NCBI GenBank assembly: GCA_963737655.1
Contig: CAVTTN010000002.1
Location: 3,904,001-3,968,000 of the forward strand
Direction of reading: 5' to 3'
DNA from: an uncultured Planctomycetota bacterium
GTDB taxonomy: Bacteria > Planctomycetota > Planctomycetia > Isosphaerales > Isosphaeraceae
DNA length: 64,000 nt
Both the position numbers and the translations under genes were made by a program. A model generated the notes under the pieces. That model saw only the letters and a program-made list of their open reading frames with translations. It searched no databases and was not told the origin of the DNA. Below, one piece after another: positions 20,441 through 30,506 of the stretch. Within the stretch, counting starts at the first letter, position 1; each line of letters starts with the position of its first letter.

Positions 20441-20917
20441 TCAGTGGCGCGATTCGAGGAGGACGACGGCCTCGCAAGAGATGGCCTCGGCCCGGCCGAT
20501 CGGCCCGACGTGCTCGCCGGTCTTGGCCTTGATGTTGACCGCATCGACATGGAGGCCGAGCAGGCCGGCCAGATTCGCCCGGATGGCGGGTTTGTGGTCC
20601 AGGAGCTTCGGTTTCTGAGCGTGGATGATCACGTCGCAATTCAAGGGCTGCCAACCCGATCGGGCGACTCGGGCGACCACTTCCGTCAGGAGGACCCGAC
20701 CTTCCAGGCCCGCCCACCGGGCGTCGGTATCGGGAAAGATTTCGCCGATATCACCCAGCCCGGCAGCCCCGAGGAGCGCGTCGGCCACGGCATGGAGGAC
20801 CACGTCGGCGTCCGAGTGGCCGAGGAGGCCCGACGGGTGGTCGATGCGGACCCCTCCCAGGATCAAGGGGCGGTCCGGGACGAGCCGGTGCGTGTCGTTA
20901 CCGATCCCCACCCTCAC
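20441..20917 (-). CDS. ispF: 2-C-methyl-D-erythritol 2,4-cyclodiphosphate synthase
   Basis: [31 protein letters not shown] and [11 protein letters not shown] start inferred. Confidence 0.93.
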   Translation of the reverse strand: MRVGIGNDTHRLVPDRPLILGGVRIDHPSGLLGHSDADVVLHAVADALLGAAGLGDIGEIFPDTDARWAGLEGRVLLTEVVARVARSGWQPLNCDVIIHAQKPKLLDHKPAIRANLAGLLGLHVDAVNIKAKTGEHVGPIGRAEAISCEAVVLLESRH

Positions 20918-21167
20918 TCGCCCACCTCCGCCGCTCGCCGGTCGGCCATCACCCACCTGGAGAGGATGGTAACCGCTTCCCCGGCTTGTTGCCAAGCCTC
21001 GTGGGCCGATTCCCCAATTCCCATTCTTCGGGTGGATTTTGGGAAGTTCGGTATGAAAAAACGTCAAGAACCGCGGATCGTCGAGAAATCCCAGGGGCCA
21101 TCGAATTTTTTCTAAAGTCTGACCATCACGGCGAAATCGGGCGTTGCGGTCCGCTCGGAGAAACGTT

Positions 21168-21184
21168 CCGGCACGGGCCGTGCA
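21168..21184 (+). promoter_or_regulatory. sigma54-type (-24/-12) promoter upstream of csrA
   Basis: CCGGCACG-GGCC-GTGCA, with GG at 21170-71 and GC at 21182-83 (10-nt gap), matching TGGCACG-N4-TTGCA. Confidence 0.55.
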
Positions 21185-21270
21185 ATTCCCCCAAGCCGTT
21201 CGGGAACGCCGCTGGAGGCGGAACGGACGCGACCGACCGACGCCCAGACCAAATCAAGGAAGGTACTCCC

Positions 21271-21465
21271 ATGCTCGTCCTGAGCCGCAAGCTGAACGAG
21301 AAGATCGTCATCAACGGCAACATCATCGTGACGATCGTGAAAATCGACCGCAATCAGATCCGCATCGGCATCGAGGCCCCGGGCGAGATCCCGGTCTACC
21401 GCGAGGAAATCCTGCCGATGGCCCTGGCCCGCGGGACCGAGACCGAGCTCCTGGTCCAGGCCTGA
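21271..21465 (+). CDS. csrA: Carbon storage regulator CsrA/RsmA
   Basis: MLVLSRKLNEKIVING...IRIGIEAPGEIPVYREEI. Confidence 0.95.
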   Translation: MLVLSRKLNEKIVINGNIIVTIVKIDRNQIRIGIEAPGEIPVYREEILPMALARGTETELLVQA

Positions 21466-21585
21466 AAAAAGTCGCGGGACCGCCGCGGTTCTCGCTCGAC
21501 AATCGCTCCGTCCGGCCGTAAGGTGAAACAACGCTTGAACCCCAGGCCAGCCAGGCCGAGCGGCCCAGTCGAGGAGAATCGGACG

Positions 21586-22809
21586 ATGCCCGAGACCCAA
21601 TCCGAGACCATCGGACGACGCGACTTGCTCAAGGCCGGCGCGGTTGCCGGCGCCGCGATCACGCTTCATGCCACCGGCGGGGCCGCCGAAGCCCAGGCGT
21701 CGAAGGCGACGCTCCCCACCCGCAAGCTGGGCAAGACCGGCGTGGACGTGACCATCCTCAACCAGGGGACGTGGCAGGCCTCGGGCCTCGACCGCATCCT
21801 CCGGACCGCCTACGCCAGCGGCATCCGATACTTCGACACCGCCAAGAGTTACGGCTCCGAAGGCGGGTTCAAGAAGTGGTTCCAGCAGATGCCCGAGGTC
21901 CGCAAGGAAATCTTCCTCGTCACCAAGGACTCGCCGAGGGAACCCAAGCAACTGATCGCCATGCTCGACGACCGGCTGGACAAGCTCGGCACCGACTACG
22001 TCGACCTGATCTTCTGCCACGCCATGGGCGACCACAACGAGCCCCTGGACTGGCCCAAGAGCAAGGAATTCGCCGAGACGATCGAGAAGATCAAGAAGTC
22101 CGGCAAGGCGAAGTTCGTCGGCTTCTCGACCCACCACGCCAACCGCGCCCAGTACATCCAGGCGGCGGCCGACGGCGGGTTCGTCGATGCGATCATGCTC
22201 CAGTACACGCCCTGGCTCGACAAGGACGCCCCGCTCAATAAGGCCCTGGACGCCGCGCATAAGGTCGGCATCGGCCTGGTCTCGATGAAGCAGGTGGCCG
22301 GGCAGTTCGGCGACGCCCGGGAAGGCGGCGTGCTCGACGAGGTCAAGAAGCGGATGCCGACCCTGAAGGAAAAGGGACTCAGCCCCTACCAGGCCCTCCT
22401 CCACGCCATCTGGACCGACGAGCGGATCTCCAGCTCGTGCGTGTCGATGCGCAATACCGATCAGATCCGCGAGAACGTCGAGGCCGCCCGCAAGTTCGAG
22501 CCGCTGAAGGAGGCCCAGCTCCGCGAGCTGCGAGACGCCGTCCTCGCCTCCGGCCCGACCCTCTGCGCCGACTGCGACGGCCGGTGCGCCCTGGCCGCCG
22601 GCACCTCCGCCCGCCTCGGCGACCTCACCCGCTACCTGACCTACCACGACCACCACGGCGACCGCGGCGAGGCCCGCCGGCTCTACTCCGAACTGACCGA
22701 AACCGAACGGAACTGGCAGGGGGCCGACCTGGCCGCCGCCCGCGAAGCCTGCCCGACCGGGCTCGATTTCACGAGGCTCCTGCCCCGGGTCGACGAACGG
22801 CTCGCCTGA
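21586..22809 (+). CDS. Aldo/keto reductase with a Tat-like leader and a C-terminal Cys cluster
   Basis: GRRDLLK, RKLGKTG, YFDTAKSY, LGTDYVDL and LCADCDGRC...ACP. Confidence 0.88.
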   Translation: MPETQSETIGRRDLLKAGAVAGAAITLHATGGAAEAQASKATLPTRKLGKTGVDVTILNQGTWQASGLDRILRTAYASGIRYFDTAKSYGSEGGFKKWFQQMPEVRKEIFLVTKDSPREPKQLIAMLDDRLDKLGTDYVDLIFCHAMGDHNEPLDWPKSKEFAETIEKIKKSGKAKFVGFSTHHANRAQYIQAAADGGFVDAIMLQYTPWLDKDAPLNKALDAAHKVGIGLVSMKQVAGQFGDAREGGVLDEVKKRMPTLKEKGLSPYQALLHAIWTDERISSSCVSMRNTDQIRENVEAARKFEPLKEAQLRELRDAVLASGPTLCADCDGRCALAAGTSARLGDLTRYLTYHDHHGDRGEARRLYSELTETERNWQGADLAAAREACPTGLDFTRLLPRVDERLA

Positions 22810-22833
22810 TCGCCTCGAGCTGGCGCCGACTTC

Positions 22834-22879
22834 GAAGGCCCGGGCGTCTCCGAATCCGTTCGGAGGCGTCCGGGCCTTC
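22834..22879 (+). terminator. 21-bp hairpin after the AKR gene
   Basis: GAAGGCCCGGGCGTCTCCGAA-TCCG-TTCGGAGGCGTCCGGGCCTTC; both mismatches are G-U pairs on the + strand. Confidence 0.55.
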
Positions 22880-23053
22880 TCATGCGCAAACCGGATTCTC
22901 GGTTTTTTTGCTTGAGCCCATTCCGAGGGGCGTCCATGATGGGTGGGCCCGGGCCGAACGGTCTCTCCCCGTGTTCGCTTCCGGGACCACGCAGCCATGC
23001 CACGGTCCGTAACGGCGCGGACGCGGATGGATTCCGGGACAGGGCGAGGATCC

Positions 23054-23458
23054 ATGGCCAAGAACATCTATGTGGGCAACCTGCCCTACGACACCACGGG
23101 GGATGACCTCGTCGAGCTGTTCGGGACCTACGGGACGGTGACGAGCGGCCAGGTCATCATCGACAAATTCAGCGGCCGGAGCCGCGGCTTCGGCTTCGTG
23201 GAGATGGCCATCGACGACGAGGCCCAGGCCGCGATCGACGCCCTGAACGGCTCCCCCTACGGAGGCCGCCCCCTGACCGTCAACGAGGCCCGCCCTCGCG
23301 AGGAACGCGGGGGCGGCGGAGGAGGCGGCCGAGGCGGATTCGGCGGAGGAGGCCGGGGCGGTTACAGCGGGGGCGGAAGTGGGGGCAGTGGCGGAGGTTA
23401 TGGCGGGGGCGGCGGTTACGGCGGAGGAGGCGGAGGCTACGGCGGCGGCGGGTATTGA
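23054..23458 (+). CDS. RRM RNA-binding protein with a Gly-rich tail
   Basis: RNP2 IYVGNL, RNP1 RGFGFVEM, LTVNEARP and a GGGY tail. Confidence 0.93.
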   Translation: MAKNIYVGNLPYDTTGDDLVELFGTYGTVTSGQVIIDKFSGRSRGFGFVEMAIDDEAQAAIDALNGSPYGGRPLTVNEARPREERGGGGGGGRGGFGGGGRGGYSGGGSGGSGGGYGGGGGYGGGGGGYGGGGY

Positions 23459-23638
23459 AGGGCGTCCCCGGCGATTCCGCGATGCCGGCCGGTAGCCTCT
23501 TGGCGAAGCGATCGTGTTGAGGTAGAGTAGAACTCTTGTCGCCACCGAGCCCGGGGCCGTCGCCACGACCCCGTCGAACTCGGTGGCCCCGGTCGATGAT
23601 CCGGCCTGTCGGCTCCTCTTTGTCGCGGGGGTTGGGTT

Positions 23639-23827
23639 GTGGTGAAGCTCAGGGTGAGGTCGGGCGAATCGATCCAGGATGCGGTCCGACGATTCCGGAA
23701 GCTCTGCGAGCGCAGCGGCTTGCGGAAAGAGATGAGGCGCAAGGCCTACTACGAGAAGCCCAGCGAGCGCCGTCGCCGCGAGGAGCTCAAGAGGCTCCGC
23801 AAGGCCCGTCAGGCCGCCCGCGTCTGA
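23639..23827 (+). CDS. rpsU: 30S ribosomal protein bS21
   Basis: [22 protein letters not shown]...[11 protein letters not shown]. Confidence 0.95.
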   Translation: MVKLRVRSGESIQDAVRRFRKLCERSGLRKEMRRKAYYEKPSERRRREELKRLRKARQAARV

Positions 23828-24442
23828 CCGGCACCATCTCGCCATCGCCTCGACCGAGCCCCGGGCGAATCCCCGGGGTCGGACTCTCCACGTCCCGACC
23901 ACGCCGACCCCCTTTCCCGCCCCGTTCGCTCGCCGTCCCTTCCGGTACGATCGCGACCGGCCCCGGCGGCGATCACTCATTCCGAAATCTCGGCGATCCT
24001 GACGGGGCAACGGTTCAGGATCCGTTGATGTCCATCGGGTCCGGCCGACGGTCCGCCATTCGGACCCGTTTCGCGTCCCGGAGCGGGTTTGGCGCCGGGT
24101 TTTGGGGTCGACGCAACCTCCCACGAAGTCGTGATTTCCGTCTTTAAGTGCAGACAGGTGAAAATCTTTGAATTTTTTTGGGTGGCGCGCACGCTGCGCA
24201 GCGGGAAATGGCTTGTTTTCCAGGCCCAAACCCCACTTTGCATCGCCAAGTGTAGTCAAGTTCCATTTCACCGCCTTGTCAAATTCGTATTTGACAATCT
24301 TTAAGTGATTGGTTGCCATTCTTGAATCACGATCCGAAAAATATGGTGATAGCATCATTAACAAAGAGCGGCCACTGGATAAAGCAGATTAAGGATTTCT
24401 CACAGGCTCATGAGTCCGGATTGGTGGTGACGTCGGATCTCC

Positions 24443-24563
24443 CTCGTTCCCACGCTCGGCGTGGGAATGCCGTCTTGCACGCTCCGCGTGCCTGCGGACG
24501 CCGACGAGCGAAGAGGACGCGGAGCGTCGAAGACGGCATTCCCACGCCGAGCGTGGGAACGAG
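24443..24563. repeat. REPIN-like long inverted repeat with palindromic ends
   Basis: CTCGTTCCCACGCTCGGCGTGGGAATGCCGTCTT...ACGCTCCGCGT pairs with ACGCGGAGCGT...AAGACGGCATTCCCACGCCGAGCGTGGGAACGAG. Confidence 0.85.
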
Positions 24564-24707
24564 TTATTGAGCAAGCACCAATCTTGAATTATAAATTTTC
24601 TTACATTTGATAATCTATGGAATCTGCGGTTGCTGAAGCCCCTCTTTGCTTGGATCATGTCGGGCCAACCTGATTGCGTAACCGCGATGCCGGGAGCCTC
24701 GATCCGA

Positions 24708-26132
24708 TCAAACGTCCACGTCTCGACCCTGCGCCAGGGCGTGGGGGAAGCGTTTTCGGATGGGTTCGACCTGCTCGGCCACGAACCGGGCGACCTGCTC
24801 GGGCGATCGGCCGACGAACCGGGCGGGGTCCATCTCGGCGTCGAGGTCGATGCCGACGAATGAGGGGTCGGCTCGCAACAAATCCATCAAGATGTTTTCG
24901 CCGCCGGATTTCATCGATTGCGCGGCTTCCAGGGAGTGGACGCGGATGCGTTCGTGGAGCTCCTGGCGGTCGCCCCCGGCCCGGGTGGCGGCCATCATGA
25001 GGTTCTCGGTGGCCATAAATGGCAAATGTTCGGCGACGTTGCGGGCGATGACGGGGGGGTGGACGACGAGTCCGGGCACCACGTTTAAATAAAGAGTCAG
25101 GACGGCGTCGGCGGCGAGGAAGGCCTGGGGGAGGAAGAGGCGGCGGACGGCGCTATCGTCCAGGGTGCGTTCGAGCCACTGGGTGGCGGCGGTCTGCGAG
25201 GCCGGGGCGGCCATCGCCATCAGGAAGCGAGCCAGCGAGCACATGCGCTCGGCCCTCATGGGATTGCGCTTGTACGCCATCGCCGAGGAGCCGATCTGGT
25301 CGCTCTCGAACGGCTCCTCGACCTCGCGTTCATGCGCCAGCAACCGCAAATCCGAGCCGAACCGATGGGCCGTCTCGCCGAACCCGGCCAGGGCGGCGAC
25401 GACCTGGGCATCGACCTTCCGCGAATACGTCTGGCCCGAGACGGCGTAGGACTCGGAGAACCCGAACGCCTCGGCGACCCGCCGATCGAGTTCGTCGACC
25501 TTCGACCCATCGCCATCGAAGAGCGCCAGGAAGCTCGCCTGGGTGCCGGTCGTCCCCTTCACCCCCAAAAATTTCAACGTCTGCATCCGATGCTCGACCT
25601 CGGCCAGGTCGAGCAGCAATTCGTGACACCAGAGCGTCGCTCGCTTGCCCACGGTCACGAGCTGGGCGGGCTGGAAATGGGTGTAGCCGAGGCAGGGCAG
25701 GTCCTTCCACTCGACCGCAAACGTCGCGAGGGCATCGATGGCGCCGACCAGCCCGTCGCGGACCGCCGCCAGCGCCTCCCGGATCAGGATCAGGTCGGTA
25801 TTATCCGTGACATAACAGCTCGTGGCGCCGAGGTGGATGATCCCCCTCGCCTCGGGGACGGCCTCGCCGAACGTGTGGACATGGGCCATCACGTCATGGC
25901 GGAGCCGTTTCTCATGGCGTCTCGCGGCCTCGAAGTCGATGTCATCCACCCTGGCCTTCATCGCCTCGATCTGCGATGCCGAGATGTTCAAACCAAGATC
26001 CCGCTCGGCCTCGGCCAGCGCGACCCAGAGCCTCCGCCAGGTCGAATGCTTCCGCTGGGGGGACCAGAGGGCCGACATCGCCTTGCTGGCATATCGGGTA
26101 ATGAGCGGGTTGTCGTAGTGATGATGATCCAT
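24708..26132 (-). CDS. purB: Adenylosuccinate lyase
   Basis: [22 protein letters not shown] and [11 protein letters not shown]. Confidence 0.95.
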   Translation of the reverse strand: MDHHHYDNPLITRYASKAMSALWSPQRKHSTWRRLWVALAEAERDLGLNISASQIEAMKARVDDIDFEAARRHEKRLRHDVMAHVHTFGEAVPEARGIIHLGATSCYVTDNTDLILIREALAAVRDGLVGAIDALATFAVEWKDLPCLGYTHFQPAQLVTVGKRATLWCHELLLDLAEVEHRMQTLKFLGVKGTTGTQASFLALFDGDGSKVDELDRRVAEAFGFSESYAVSGQTYSRKVDAQVVAALAGFGETAHRFGSDLRLLAHEREVEEPFESDQIGSSAMAYKRNPMRAERMCSLARFLMAMAAPASQTAATQWLERTLDDSAVRRLFLPQAFLAADAVLTLYLNVVPGLVVHPPVIARNVAEHLPFMATENLMMAATRAGGDRQELHERIRVHSLEAAQSMKSGGENILMDLLRADPSFVGIDLDAEMDPARFVGRSPEQVARFVAEQVEPIRKRFPHALAQGRDVDV

Positions 26133-26148
26133 GGTTGACTCGGAGAGA

Positions 26149-27282
26149 TCATTTTGATTTCGAATTCGAGAGATCGGTGATCCTGGCGATGATCTCTATT
26201 TTCGGCCTCTTCGCCCGGAGGTTGGCGACTCCGTTTGGTGTGACATTCGTGCCGGTGATGACCAGCGTGGCACAGGCTGGAAGCCCGGGAGGTTCCAGGA
26301 GTCGTGTGAGGCCGTCGTCCCCTACCTTGGCGCGGTTGAGGTTCAGGCTTTTGAGGTCCCTCAGGCTCCTCAACGATTCCAGTCCCTCGTCGGTCACCTT
26401 GGATCCCCCGAGCGCCAGGAAGCGCAGCTCGGGCAGCCCCGAGAGGTGGTGGAGGCCGGGCCCGGCTACCTGGCTTCCCTGGAGGGAGAGCGACCTCAGT
26501 CCTCGGAGGCCGGAGACGCACGCCAGGCCGGCATCCTGGATCGGCGAATCGTTGGCGTCCAGGATGGCCAGCCTGGGCGATCCTCCGAACGGCCCGAGAT
26601 CCGTGATGCTTGTGCCGTGCAGGTAAAGTTGCTCCAGTCGGTTCATCCCTCTCAATGTCGCCGCCCCGCGGTCGGTCACGTCCGGCCCGGCGAGTGCGAG
26701 CGATTTGAGCTTCTTGAGGCGGGAGAAGTGGAGCACGTCGGCATCCTCCATCCGGAATGGGGGATACGCCAGGTCTTCCAGGTCGGTCAGGTCGGCGACG
26801 TGGGCGAGGCCGGGCCCTCGAATCGCTGTCCCATGAACATACAGGGTCTTGAGTCGCTTCAAACCCCGAACATGCACCATGCCGGCGTCCGTGATGGCGG
26901 TCCCGAACAGGGAAAGATATTCTAAACCGTCAAGTCGGCCGATCTTCTCCATCAGAGCATCATCGACGGCCGCCCCCTTGTTGCTCAGTCCCACCGCCAC
27001 CGGCTTCCCGAAGGCGTCCGGCCCTAGGAACTTGACGAGCCAGCCCGGCCAGGGACCGGGCGGCCCGGCATTGGGGACGGGGTTCCCGTCCCGCCATTCC
27101 CAGTCGTAGGAGATGCTCCCGCCCGCCGCCCGGACGGCATCCACCGCGCTTCTCTGGACCCACGAATGATAGGCGACCCACGCATAAACGAGGCCCACGA
27201 CAACCAATGTGGCGGAGGCTAACCAGAGGGAACGGCGGAGGGTTCTCTTTCGATGTGGGATCGATGCTCCTGGATCGGTCAT
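26149..27282 (-). CDS. Membrane-anchored leucine-rich-repeat protein
   Basis: N-terminal TM followed by LxxLxLxGTxITDxGLxHL repeats. Confidence 0.85.
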   Translation of the reverse strand: MTDPGASIPHRKRTLRRSLWLASATLVVVGLVYAWVAYHSWVQRSAVDAVRAAGGSISYDWEWRDGNPVPNAGPPGPWPGWLVKFLGPDAFGKPVAVGLSNKGAAVDDALMEKIGRLDGLEYLSLFGTAITDAGMVHVRGLKRLKTLYVHGTAIRGPGLAHVADLTDLEDLAYPPFRMEDADVLHFSRLKKLKSLALAGPDVTDRGAATLRGMNRLEQLYLHGTSITDLGPFGGSPRLAILDANDSPIQDAGLACVSGLRGLRSLSLQGSQVAGPGLHHLSGLPELRFLALGGSKVTDEGLESLRSLRDLKSLNLNRAKVGDDGLTRLLEPPGLPACATLVITGTNVTPNGVANLRAKRPKIEIIARITDLSNSKSK

Positions 27283-27307
27283 TGTCCTGTTCCATCCAAA
27301 GAGGCCG

Positions 27308-27376
27308 TTTTGTAGGGCGGGCCCTGGCCTGCCGTCTTCGGGCCGAACTCGGCAGGCCAGGGCCTGCCCTACAAAA
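27308..27376. repeat. GTAG-type REP doublet (second family)
   Basis: TTTTGTAGGGCGGGCCCTGGCCTGCCG and CGGCAGGCCAGGGCCTGCCCTACAAAA form 27-bp arms with 1 mismatch. Confidence 0.8.
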
Positions 27377-27404
27377 AAGCGCAAAATCGACCGAGCCCCG
27401 TTCG

Positions 27405-28634
27405 TTAGATTCCTCCGAGGACCCGGGCTCGGCCGACTCGATTGATGGCGAGCATGAACGCGGCGGTCCTCATGGAGACGCCCTTTTTCTTGGCGAGGTC
27501 GTAGACCTTGGCGAAGCTTTCGACGAGCCGGGTTTCTTCCTCGCGGCGGACCTGTTCCAGCGGCCAGCGGAAGTGCTGGAGGTTCTGGACCCATTCGAAA
27601 TAGCTGACGATCACCCCTCCGGCGTTGGCGAGGATGTCGGGGACGACGGGGATCCCTCTTCGTTCGAAGACCTCGTCGGCCTCGGGCCAGGTGGGGCCGT
27701 TGGCGGCCTCGACGATCAGGCTGGCCCGGACGGATTCGGCGATCGTCTTGTCGAACACGCCCCCGAGGGCGGCGGGGATCAGGACGTCCACCTCGGTGGT
27801 CAAGAGCTGGTCGTTCGTCCCGGCGTCCCCCCCCTTGAAGCCGACGACCTTGCGGTTCACGCCGACGTGGCGGTCGAGTTCGGGGATGTCGATGCCTTCG
27901 GGTCGGAAGATGGCGCCGTAGGCGTCGGAGACGGCGGTGATGGTGCCGCCGTCGTCGTGGAGGAAGCGGGCGGCGAAGCTGCCGACGTTGCCGTAGCCCT
28001 GGATGGCGAAGGTGGTGCCGGCGATCTCCTTGCCTTGCCTTCGGAGCATCTCGCGGGTCACGAGGAAGATGCCGAATCCGGTGGCGGCCTCGCGGCCGGC
28101 GGAGCCGTGGAACTCGACGGGCTTGCCGGTGACGCAGGCGGGGTGGAAGCCGTGGAACTTGGTGTATTCGTTCATGATCCACGCCATGACCTGGGCGTCG
28201 GTGCCCATGTCCGGGGCGGGGATGTCCTTGTCGGGGCCGATGAAGTCGTGGATCTGCTGGACGAACCGGCGGGTCAGGCGTTCGAGCTCCCCTCGGGAGA
28301 GCTTGGAGGGGTCGCAGTTCACGCCGCCCTTGGCGCCCCCGTAGGGCAGGTCGACGACGGCCGTCTTCCACGTCATCAGGCTGGCGAGGGAGCGGGCCTC
28401 GTCGGCATCGACGTGGGGGTGATAGCGCAGGCCCCCTTTGAAGGGGCCTCGGGCGTTGTCGTGCTGGATCCGGTAGCCGATGAAGTTGCCGATCTGGCCG
28501 TCGTCGCGCTCGATCGCCACCTCGACGCGGAGCTCGCGGTCGGGCGTGATCATCATCGTCCTCATGTTGCCGGTGAGGTCGAGGAGGCCGGCGGCGCGGT
28601 CGAAATAGACGTTCGTGGCCTCGAAGGCTTGCAT
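27405..28634 (-). CDS. gdhA: Glu/Leu/Phe/Val dehydrogenase (probably glutamate dehydrogenase)
   Basis: GPFKGGLRYHP, MTWKTA, GGAKGG, IPAPDMGT, IQGYGNVG and ANAGGVIVSYFEWVQN. Confidence 0.9.
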   Translation of the reverse strand: MQAFEATNVYFDRAAGLLDLTGNMRTMMITPDRELRVEVAIERDDGQIGNFIGYRIQHDNARGPFKGGLRYHPHVDADEARSLASLMTWKTAVVDLPYGGAKGGVNCDPSKLSRGELERLTRRFVQQIHDFIGPDKDIPAPDMGTDAQVMAWIMNEYTKFHGFHPACVTGKPVEFHGSAGREAATGFGIFLVTREMLRRQGKEIAGTTFAIQGYGNVGSFAARFLHDDGGTITAVSDAYGAIFRPEGIDIPELDRHVGVNRKVVGFKGGDAGTNDQLLTTEVDVLIPAALGGVFDKTIAESVRASLIVEAANGPTWPEADEVFERRGIPVVPDILANAGGVIVSYFEWVQNLQHFRWPLEQVRREEETRLVESFAKVYDLAKKKGVSMRTAAFMLAINRVGRARVLGGI

Positions 28635-28774
28635 GGGGCGCCCGGGTCCGGGTTAATGGAGAGGTCGAGCAGTGGCCCTCGCGGCCCAGCCCGATCGTAC
28701 CGGGGGGCGCCGGGGGCCGCAAGGTTGGACGCTCCGCACCCGGCACCCCCACTTCGGCACTCTCTCGGTGAGCG

Positions 28775-29752
28775 ATGCGCCTTCGGACGGTGATGAGGCT
28801 TTCGGCGGGGGTGGGAGCCGTGGCCTGGGCGGGCTCGGTCATCGAGAGACGGCCCGATCTGCAGTCGCCGGACTGGGCGGGCTCGCTGGTCGTCTTCGCG
28901 GCGGCGGTGCTGGTTCCGGCGGCGATGAGCCTGGTCGTCGGGGATCGAGGCGCGCGACCCTGGGGATGGGCGGTCGGGTTCGGCGAGGCTTCCGCCCTGC
29001 TCTTGATCGCCTCGTTCGGCCGTCCTCCGGGGCCGATCTCGGCGATCCTGAGCGGGCCGTGGCTGGTGACGACGGCCTTCGTGGCGATCCTGGGCCTGCT
29101 CCGCCTCCGCGATCGCGGCTTTCGGTCGATCGGCGAGGTCTCGATCGCGGTCGGGATGATGTATCTCGCGGTCGGCGGGGCCTGGGCGAGCGCGGCCCGA
29201 TTGGGGTTCCGGCCGATGGGGTTCGCCGACCTGATCGTCCTTTTGACGGCCGACCATTTCCACTACGCCGGGTTCGTCCTGCCGATCGTTGTTGGGCTGG
29301 CGGCGAGGCGAGTCGGCGGCCGGATGTCGGTCGTCGCGGGCTGGGGAGTGATCCTGGCGGTCCCGGCGGTGGCCTCGGGGATCACGGCCACGCAGATGGG
29401 GCTTTCTCCGAGGGTCGAGACGGCCTGCGCCCTGTTCATGGCCGGATCGGGCGTCCTGGCGGCCCTCCTCTTGCTGCGGGTCGCGTTTTCGAGGGGGCAA
29501 TCGGCGGTGAGCCGCGTGGCGTGGGCCGGCTCGGCGGGCTGCCTGGCGTTCGGGATGGTCCTGGCGACGCTTTATGGGTCGAGGACGACCGGGCTCTTGC
29601 CCCGGGTCGAAATCCCCCGGATGATCCTGCTCCACGGGACCGTCAATGGCCTCGGCTTCGGCTCCCTTGCGCTCCTCGGATGGCTGTTCGCGACCCCTCC
29701 CCCGATCGAGACCCCCGATGCGACCGTGGCATCTCGCCGACCTCACGTATGA
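28775..29752 (+). CDS. YndJ-like membrane protein
   Basis: YLAVGGAW, LLTADHFHYAGF and HGTVNGLGF motifs; many TMs. Confidence 0.8.
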   Translation: MRLRTVMRLSAGVGAVAWAGSVIERRPDLQSPDWAGSLVVFAAAVLVPAAMSLVVGDRGARPWGWAVGFGEASALLLIASFGRPPGPISAILSGPWLVTTAFVAILGLLRLRDRGFRSIGEVSIAVGMMYLAVGGAWASAARLGFRPMGFADLIVLLTADHFHYAGFVLPIVVGLAARRVGGRMSVVAGWGVILAVPAVASGITATQMGLSPRVETACALFMAGSGVLAALLLLRVAFSRGQSAVSRVAWAGSAGCLAFGMVLATLYGSRTTGLLPRVEIPRMILLHGTVNGLGFGSLALLGWLFATPPPIETPDATVASRRPHV

Positions 29753-30506
29753 GGACGTGAAAACCGGCCCTCCCTTCGAGGTCGCCGTGCTCCCCCTGGG
29801 GGCGACCGAGCCCCACAACCTCCACATGCCGTATTCGACCGACACGCTCCAGGTGGAGGCCGTGGCGGACCTGGCCTGCCGGGCCGCCTTCGAGAACGGG
29901 GCGAGGGTCGTCTGCCTCCCGGCGATCCCTTATGGGACCGAGACCAACCAGATGCGGTTCCCCCTGGCCATGAACCTCAACCCGACGACCGTCGCGGCGG
30001 TGATCGGCGACCTCGTGGCGTCCCTGGCCACCCACGGCATCCGCAAGTGCGTCCTGCTGAACGGCCACGGCGGGAACGACCTCAAGTGGGTCCTCCGACA
30101 GATGTATGGCACCAGTCCTGTCCACCTGTTCGTGTGCAACTGGTATAAAATGGCCTCGGACCGGTACTCGACGATTTTTGCCGACGCCGGGGACCACGCC
30201 GGGGAGCTGGAGACGAGCATGGGACTGGCGCATTTCCCCGATCTGGTCCGGCTCGAACGGGCCGACCCGGGGTCGATGGCGAGGACCGGGATCGAGGCCG
30301 TCGATCGCGGCTGGGTCGAGATGACCCGGCCGTGGCACCTCCTGACGACCAACTCCGGGGCCGGCGACCCCCGCCCCGCCTCGGCCGAGAAGGGCCGCGA
30401 GCTCACGGGGCTGGTCGTCGAGAGGCTGTCGGCGTTCCTCGGGGAGCTGGCGAGCCGGCCCGTCGACGAGCGGTTCCCCTACCCTTCGGAGGATTCGCCG
30501 CGATGA
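29718..30506 (+). CDS. Creatininase/amidohydrolase family protein
   Basis: LPLGATEPHNLHMP..TD, NGHGGN and HAGELETS. Confidence 0.9.
   Translation: MRPWHLADLTYEDVKTGPPFEVAVLPLGATEPHNLHMPYSTDTLQVEAVADLACRAAFENGARVVCLPAIPYGTETNQMRFPLAMNLNPTTVAAVIGDLVASLATHGIRKCVLLNGHGGNDLKWVLRQMYGTSPVHLFVCNWYKMASDRYSTIFADAGDHAGELETSMGLAHFPDLVRLERADPGSMARTGIEAVDRGWVEMTRPWHLLTTNSGAGDPRPASAEKGRELTGLVVERLSAFLGELASRPVDERFPYPSEDSPR

Noticed and set aside
23305..23455. GGC-rich tandem repeats
   Set aside because: This is the ordinary Gly-rich tail of a bacterial RRM protein.
27283..28842. N-terminal 519-aa extension of the LRR ORF (similarly for the gspE, dinG and dinB ORFs)
   Set aside because: It is an open alternate frame over the upstream real gene; the true starts are internal.
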